From Bryobacterales bacterium (GTDB lineage: Bacteria; Acidobacteriota; Terriglobia; Bryobacterales; UBA6623): a DNA stretch of 64,000 bases. The position numbers and the translations under genes were made by a program. Every line of letters begins with the position of its first letter. Position 1 is the first letter of the stretch. Positions 58,604 through 64,000 of the stretch are shown piece by piece. The stretch spans positions 1,024,001 through 1,088,000 of the forward strand of contig OY729428.2 in NCBI GenBank assembly GCA_963422375.2, written 5' to 3'. Below the pieces are notes generated by a model. That model was not told where the DNA came from and ran no database searches. It was given only the letters and a program-made list of their open reading frames with translations.

Positions 58604-60571
58604 GTGACTGGTCGCCTCATCGTGTGCCTGGCCGTATGTTCCGGCGGACTCGCGCAAGTTCCGGCCGAGGACAGGCGCAACACGGAAATCCGGCATACGG
58701 ACGCGCACTACTCCATGGCCGGGTACACCAAGGTCGAGTGGGAGAGACGCGCAGAATTTCTGCGCAAGCAGATACTCTTCTCCTCGGGCCTGCTGCCTCT
58801 GCCACGCAAGGAGCCGCTGAACGCCTCTGTCGGCGAGCGGATCGAGCACGAGGACTTCACCATCGACAGCGTCCTCTTGGAGACGTACCCTGGCTACTTC
58901 CTCGGAGGCAACCTGTACCGGCCCGCGGGCGGCAACGGGCCCTACCCGGCCATTCTGTCTCCGCACGGACACTGGCGGTACGGTCGCTTTGAGAACTCGG
59001 AGATCAATTCCGTTCCCGGCCGGGCGATCAGCCTCGCCCGGCAGGGCTACGTCGTCTTCGCCTACGACATGGTGGGCTGGAACGACACCATGCAGGTTCC
59101 CCACGGGTTCGCGGGCCCGCGGGAGGAGCTGTGGCTCGTCGGGACTCTCGGCCTGCAGCTTTGGAACAGCATCCGCGTCGTCGACTACCTCGCGTCACTG
59201 CCCGAGGTCGATGGCGACCGGATCGCCGTCACGGGCGCTTCGGGCGGCGGGACGCAGGCCTTCCTGCTTGCAGCCGTCGACGACCGCATCGGGTTTTCCG
59301 CACCCGTCAATATGGTGTCCTTCCGGATGCAAGGAGGCTCGCGCTGCGAGAACGCCCCCCTCCTGCGCATCGACACCAACAACGTCGAGTTTTCGGCGGC
59401 ATTCGCACCGAAGCCGCAGCTGCTGGTGGCCGCGACAGGAGATTGGACCGTAGGCGTGCCGGATGACGAGTTTCCCGCAGTGCGGGGAGTCTATCGCCTG
59501 CTTGATGCCGAATCCAATGTGGAGTGGCGGCAATTCGACTCCCCGCACAACTACCACAAGGACAGTAGGGAGGCGGTCTACGCTTTCTTCGGCAAGCGCA
59601 TCCTCGGGGACGGAGACGCTTCCCGCTTCACGGAACGAAGCTTCCGGACCGACCAGCTGAGCCTGTTGCTCTACCTGTGGGGCCGCCCGTTGCCCGACCG
59701 GGCGGTCGGGTTCGAGGAGTTTGTCCGCCAGCGGGTCGCCGCGGCCGAAGCGGACACGCTGGCTCTGGCCGTAAGCGACGCACTATCCCTAGGAGAGGCC
59801 CAAGCCGCATTCAGTCAGCGACTGGGACTTTCGATTCTGGCGGAAGTTCCTCGGCCGGGAACTGCCTCAGGGCGGGCGCCGAGAGAGGGGGAGCTAGTGC
59901 TAGGGCGCCAAGGAGCGGGCGACCGCATACCGGCAATCCTCGCGAGAGCCGACTCGCGCGCGGGCAAGCCGACTCTCGTGGTGCATCCGGACGGCAAGGA
60001 GGCCGCCGCGAAGACCGAACTAGGCAGAGCCGTCGTGAATCGCGACGCGCCGGTGCTGATGATCGATGCGTTCCAGACGGGCGCTGCCATTGCCGAGCGG
60101 GACATCGCCGGGGTAGGGAGGATGGGCCAGCGCTACTTCCACGTGTTCAACCGCAGCGACGATGCGAATCGCGTCCAAGACATCCTCACCGCAGCCGCGT
60201 TCCTACGAGAGCACGCCGGAACCGAGGACATCCGTGTAATCGGATTCGGCCGGGCAGGCCTCTGGGTGTTGCTGGCCGCCGCGCTGGACAGGCGCTTCGG
60301 CGCTGTCGTCGCGGACCTTGACGGCTTCGACGCCGCCAACGACGCCGAGTACGTACGAGGACTGTTCATACCGGGTCTGCGACGGGCGGGCGACTTCCGC
60401 GCCGTGGCCGTTCTCGCGCCCGGAGGGAGGCTCTTGCTCCACAACGCCCACCAAGCGTTTCCGACGGGGTGGTTCCAGGCGGCATTCGACGCCGCCGGGC
60501 GGCCCGGCGACCTGAGCATCGAGACTGGCACCGCGGAGACCGAGGCGCTGGTCGCTTGGCTCTACCGCTAG
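58604..60571 (+). CDS. Secreted acetylxylan-esterase-like alpha/beta hydrolase (two domains)
   Basis: GNLYRP, PAILSPHGHW, FAYDMVG, nucleophile elbow TGASGGGTQ, SRCENAP, HNYHKDSRE. Confidence 0.88.
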   Translation: MTGRLIVCLAVCSGGLAQVPAEDRRNTEIRHTDAHYSMAGYTKVEWERRAEFLRKQILFSSGLLPLPRKEPLNASVGERIEHEDFTIDSVLLETYPGYFLGGNLYRPAGGNGPYPAILSPHGHWRYGRFENSEINSVPGRAISLARQGYVVFAYDMVGWNDTMQVPHGFAGPREELWLVGTLGLQLWNSIRVVDYLASLPEVDGDRIAVTGASGGGTQAFLLAAVDDRIGFSAPVNMVSFRMQGGSRCENAPLLRIDTNNVEFSAAFAPKPQLLVAATGDWTVGVPDDEFPAVRGVYRLLDAESNVEWRQFDSPHNYHKDSREAVYAFFGKRILGDGDASRFTERSFRTDQLSLLLYLWGRPLPDRAVGFEEFVRQRVAAAEADTLALAVSDALSLGEAQAAFSQRLGLSILAEVPRPGTASGRAPREGELVLGRQGAGDRIPAILARADSRAGKPTLVVHPDGKEAAAKTELGRAVVNRDAPVLMIDAFQTGAAIAERDIAGVGRMGQRYFHVFNRSDDANRVQDILTAAAFLREHAGTEDIRVIGFGRAGLWVLLAAALDRRFGAVVADLDGFDAANDAEYVRGLFIPGLRRAGDFRAVAVLAPGGRLLLHNAHQAFPTGWFQAAFDAAGRPGDLSIETGTAETEALVAWLYR

Positions 60572-60664
60572 GCCCCCGCGGGCCCATCCGAATTGCGATC
60601 ATGGCGCTAGACTCAGACGCGGTGCCGCCAGTTCGCGGGGTCCGCCGACTCGACGCGTGACACG

Positions 60665-61141
60665 ATGCTCGAAACCGGCCAGACCATCGCGAGTAAGAGG
60701 CAGAAGGGAGTTCCGCTCCTCATCGCAGCTGCGCTGGCACTCGGCATGGGAAGCATCGCGTACGTTGAATGGAAAAGGGACTCCGCAAGGCCTCCGGAAC
60801 AGTTGATTCTCACGGAGGCCGCACGCGCCTACCTGCCCATGCTGGACCTGGGCGACGTCGAGATGTCCGCGACGGACAACACCCTCGGGCAGACCCTTGT
60901 CGAGATCACCGGCAAGCTGAGCAATCTGGGCGATCATCCGGTTCGCAGAATCCGCCTCAATTGCGTATTTTTCGACGTCTACGGAGTCGAGCTGCACCGG
61001 GTGCTTGCCGTTATCGTTCATCCAAGGCAGGGACTCGCTCCTGCGGATGTTCAGGAGTTTCGATTGGCATTCGATGACATTCCACGAGGCTGGAATCAGG
61101 TCATGCCCAGCCTGTATATCGCCGAGATCGTATTCGATTAG
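60665..61141 (+). CDS. Membrane-anchored hypothetical protein with Ig-like (FxLYD/DUF3426-like) domain
   Basis: N-terminal TM helix; ITGKLSNLG..PVRRIRLNCVFFDVYG...FRLAFDDIP.GWNQ. Confidence 0.75.
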   Translation: MLETGQTIASKRQKGVPLLIAAALALGMGSIAYVEWKRDSARPPEQLILTEAARAYLPMLDLGDVEMSATDNTLGQTLVEITGKLSNLGDHPVRRIRLNCVFFDVYGVELHRVLAVIVHPRQGLAPADVQEFRLAFDDIPRGWNQVMPSLYIAEIVFD

Positions 61142-61254
61142 ACAAGATTTCCAAGCAAGGCTCCGACTGCACTTGAGCCTTACATGAAAGAGCATCGCTA
61201 CCAAGATAATAGTTCTACGCGCAACCGATCCCTCAATTGAACTGGAGCCCGAAA

Positions 61255-61501
61255 AACTCTCCTTCTCCTTGACAAGCAAGTCTCGCTTGATGTCAACCGC
61301 GCGCAACATGAATAGTAGATCATGCGCTGGGACGAATCACCGGTAGTCAATCGGAGGCATTGAATTCCTCGTATCCCGACAAGTCCCGATTGTGCCCCAA
61401 AGACTAGCCACGATCACCGGGCGGTCAACGGTTCGCGACAATACGGCTCCATCGGCCATGAGTGATCGTTGCGTGCGAATGTGTTCGGTCGGAAGGATCA
61501 T
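61255..61501 (-). pseudogene. ABC-three-component system middle component (MC6-like), internal stop
   Basis: Manual translation: MILPTEHIRTQRSLMADGAVL...DRPVIVASLW...PPIDYR*FVPAHDLLFMLRAVDIKRDLLVK; TGA at 61339-61337. Confidence 0.7.
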
Positions 61502-61506
61502 AGCGG

Positions 61507-61700
61507 TCACCTGCTACCCTCCAGAATGCAGCAACGCTCGAACAGATACGCGAGAACTGAATAAGTGGCATCCTGTCGCTTCGAAACGGACACTCCATTC
61601 CCCGCATCGGTGGCAAACAGGTCCAAGATTATGTCTTCTGGAGACCTGCACGTACCCGATAGAACCCGCTATTGTTGTCGGAATCGTCGTGCAAGCACTC
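61507..61700 (-). pseudogene. ABC-three-component effector C-terminal domain (CTD10-like) fragment
   Basis: ARRFRQQ*RVL...SPEDIILDLFATDAGNGVSVSKRQDATYSVLAYLFERCCILEGSR*; stop 5 nt before the MC6 ATG. Confidence 0.65.
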
Positions 61701-61944
61701 CACTGAATTCAAGCCCAGCATGCTCAGCTGGAAGCCGAGCCAGACTCATGGCCGGCGAGGCTAGCGATCCAGTCCAGAAACCCCTGTGCGAGCGTTTCTG
61801 CAACCGCCAGGCGAAAGTCGATCAAGTAGGACCATCTCTCGAGTTCGCCAGGCGCTGCGGGGGCACCTCCCAAGCACGTAGCTTTCCATGCCTCGGGTTC
61901 CGGCCCCTGGCGACTGGCGACCCGAGCCGAGGGGTCGATCTGGC

Positions 61945-62910
61945 TCAGTCGCCGTAGTATTCCCGGCTCGACGAGGCTAGCGTAGCGCTCTGGTCGACCT
62001 TCCAGCTCTCCAGCCTGGCGAAGTCCACACCGCGCCACTTGCCGCGGAGCTCGCTCATCTGGCTCTCGCTGAGCTTGCGGTGCGCCCGCGCCGCGGCAAG
62101 ATCCCGGTCCACCTGCTCGGGCGAAGTGCAGCCTAGGATGGCCGTCGCGACGGGAAGCGACCAGACATAGTTCAGGTTCTCCTCGAGCGAGGAGATCCCT
62201 TCCTCGAGCAGTGCGCCGACACCGGTCGTCTTCATCGCCATCACTCCCAAGTCCTTCTCGATGGCCGGCGGCAATGCGGTTCTCTCGAAGCTCAGGTCTT
62301 GGTTCGCCCCGTCGGTGACGCTGAGCGGCATGAGCACCGTATCCCAATCGTACGCCTCGAGCATCTTCGCCAGGACGCGCGGGTCCATGTGGCCTGTGAA
62401 GCCCACGTAGCGGATCTTGCCATCGCGACGCGCTTTCTCGATCATCTCCATCACCCCTCGCGGGCCGAAGACGAAGTCGATGTCCTCCATGTGCATTACG
62501 TTGTGGACCTGATAGAGGTCGATGTAGTCCGTGCGCAGGCCGGCCAAGCTCTGGGCCAAGTCCAGTTCCGAGTGGCCGTAGGTCCTGTGCCGGGTCTTGG
62601 TCCCGTAGATCAGGCGATCCCGGGGGACGCCTTCGAAGGCGATGCCATACCGCCGCTGGCTCAGCCCGTACGCGCCCGCCGCCGCGGAATCGAAGTAGTT
62701 GATCCCGGATTCGTAGCAGTGGCGCATGGTGCGCAGCGCCTCGGCCTCGTCGCGGTGGGTGCCAACCCGGCCGCCCCCGAGACCGACGATGCTCACTTCC
62801 AAGCCGGTCTTGCCCAGCTTCCGCCGCGGCAAGTCACCGGCCGCCAGCGCGCCTGCCGCCACCCCCAGACCGGCCGCGGCCTTGACGAACTCTCTCCTGC
62901 TCTCGGGCAT
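61945..62910 (-). CDS. Aldo/keto reductase with Tat-like signal
   Basis: SRREFVK; RKLGKTGLEVSIVGLGG, GINYFDSA..Y, SLAGLRTDYIDLYQVH, GKIRYVGFTGH. Confidence 0.92.
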   Translation of the reverse strand: MPESRREFVKAAAGLGVAAGALAAGDLPRRKLGKTGLEVSIVGLGGGRVGTHRDEAEALRTMRHCYESGINYFDSAAAGAYGLSQRRYGIAFEGVPRDRLIYGTKTRHRTYGHSELDLAQSLAGLRTDYIDLYQVHNVMHMEDIDFVFGPRGVMEMIEKARRDGKIRYVGFTGHMDPRVLAKMLEAYDWDTVLMPLSVTDGANQDLSFERTALPPAIEKDLGVMAMKTTGVGALLEEGISSLEENLNYVWSLPVATAILGCTSPEQVDRDLAAARAHRKLSESQMSELRGKWRGVDFARLESWKVDQSATLASSSREYYGD

Positions 62911-63010
62911 CCTCTAACCTCCCGCGTCCGCATTGAACGCGCAGGGAACAGCGTAGCGCATCCCGTCAAGCGCGGTGCCCGCCGCTGGCGCGGGCTACAC
63001 TGTGAGCGCG

Positions 63011-64000
63011 ATGAAACTAGGCAACGCCCTCAGCCGCCGAGGCTTCGCGCAAGCGGCCGTCGCGCCGCTCGTGGTTCCGGCCTCGGCTCTCGGCCTCGGC
63101 GCGGCCACGCCGCCGTCCGACAGGATCGCCGTGGCGGGTATCGGCATGGGCAACCGCAACCGGCGCAACATCCAGGAGTTCCTGGACCAAGAAGAAGTCC
63201 GCGTCGTATCCGTCTGCGACCTGATCGCCGACCGGCGAAGCCACGCCAAGCAGCTCGTCGACGGCCACTACGGCAACGACGACTGCGCGGCGACGAGGTT
63301 CCACGAGGAAGTCCTCGAGCGGGACGACATCGATGCCGTGGTGATCGGCACGGGCGACCGGTGGCACGGGGTGATGAGCTCGCTGGCGGCCCAAGCCGGC
63401 AAGGACGTCTACTGCGAGAAGCCGTTCTGCCTGACCATCTCCGAGGGCCGCCGGCTGGTCGAGGTCACGCGCCAGTACGGCACCGTTTGGCAGTGCGGCA
63501 CGCAGCGTCGCTCGAATCCGGGGTACAAGTTCCTCGTTAACACCATTCTCAGCGGGCGCGTCGGCAGCCTGCACACCGTGAGACTCTCTTTCGGGGCCAG
63601 CGGCGGCTGGAAGCAGAACAGCATGGCCGGCCCCGAGAGCCCCCCGGATCCCGAAGTGTTCGACTACGACCGCTGGCTCGGCCAGTCGCCGTGGGCGCCG
63701 TATTCGGCAGACCGGGTCCGCATGTGGAGGCTCAACTGGGATACCGGCGCCGGCGCGGTCGCCGACATGGGCCCCCATTTCATCGAGACCGTGCAGTGGC
63801 TGAGGGGCGATCCGCTCGACGCCCCGGTCGAATACCACGGGGAGTCCGAGTACCGGGACGAAGGGGGGATCAACAACATCCCGTACTGGTACGACATCCG
63901 AGCCCGCTACCGGGACGGCCTGCGACTCAACATGGACACTGGCCGCAAGGGCCTGCGGTTCGTGGGCGACGAAGGCTGGATCTTCCTGTCCGACAGCGGC
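63011..64000 (+). CDS. Gfo/Idh/MocA family oxidoreductase, truncated by window edge
   Basis: Manual translation MKLGNALSRRGF...SDRIAVAGIGMGNR...DIDAVVIGTGDRWH...GKDVYCEKP...WQCGTQRRS...DYDRWLG...DMGPHF. Confidence 0.92.
   Translation, partial: MKLGNALSRRGFAQAAVAPLVVPASALGLGAATPPSDRIAVAGIGMGNRNRRNIQEFLDQEEVRVVSVCDLIADRRSHAKQLVDGHYGNDDCAATRFHEEVLERDDIDAVVIGTGDRWHGVMSSLAAQAGKDVYCEKPFCLTISEGRRLVEVTRQYGTVWQCGTQRRSNPGYKFLVNTILSGRVGSLHTVRLSFGASGGWKQNSMAGPESPPDPEVFDYDRWLGQSPWAPYSADRVRMWRLNWDTGAGAVADMGPHFIETVQWLRGDPLDAPVEYHGESEYRDEGGINNIPYWYDIRARYRDGLRLNMDTGRKGLRFVGDEGWIFLSDSG

Noticed and set aside
60599..61309. 236-aa minus-strand ORF
   Set aside because: It is the tail of the MC6 pseudogene reading on, antisense to the real gene at 60665..61141.
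1..64000. CRISPR array, tRNA or rRNA genes
   Set aside because: No regularly spaced direct repeats, cas genes, cloverleaf or rRNA signatures were found by eye.

Overview
High-GC bacterial genomic window, most consistent with Acidobacteriota (Bryobacterales-like; inferred from gene content). The core is a large set of envelope genes: two acidobacterial TonB-dependent receptors, three CRTAC1/ASPIC-UnbV FG-GAP propellers, three TPR proteins, a 7-heme cytochrome c, a MauG-type di-heme peroxidase overlapping a TolB-like propeller, a PSD1/DUF1553 plus DUF1501 pair, a second DUF1501, a sulfatase, a PQQ-type propeller and a TctABC transporter. Housekeeping genes include rsmE, metW, eda, maeB, a YhhQ-type transporter, a GT9 and a DegT aminotransferase, and the start of a Qrc/ACIII-like respiratory operon lies at the left edge. 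Between these lie many decayed mobile or defence relics, most of them only fragmentary in the ORF track. They are an IS66 relic, three DUF4338 (DruA-like) fragments (one split by a 121-bp TA-flanked MITE), an ISAzo13 element inside a NucS/DUF4268-like nuclease gene, a frameshifted AAA-DUF4143 ATPase, a degraded Panacea (SocA) antitoxin-toxin pair and a degraded ABC-three-component effector-CTD/MC6 pair. A ~200-nt structured RNA candidate and several bidirectional or leaderless promoters were also noted. No CRISPR array, tRNA or rRNA was seen. All family calls come from motif recognition by eye, not database searches.
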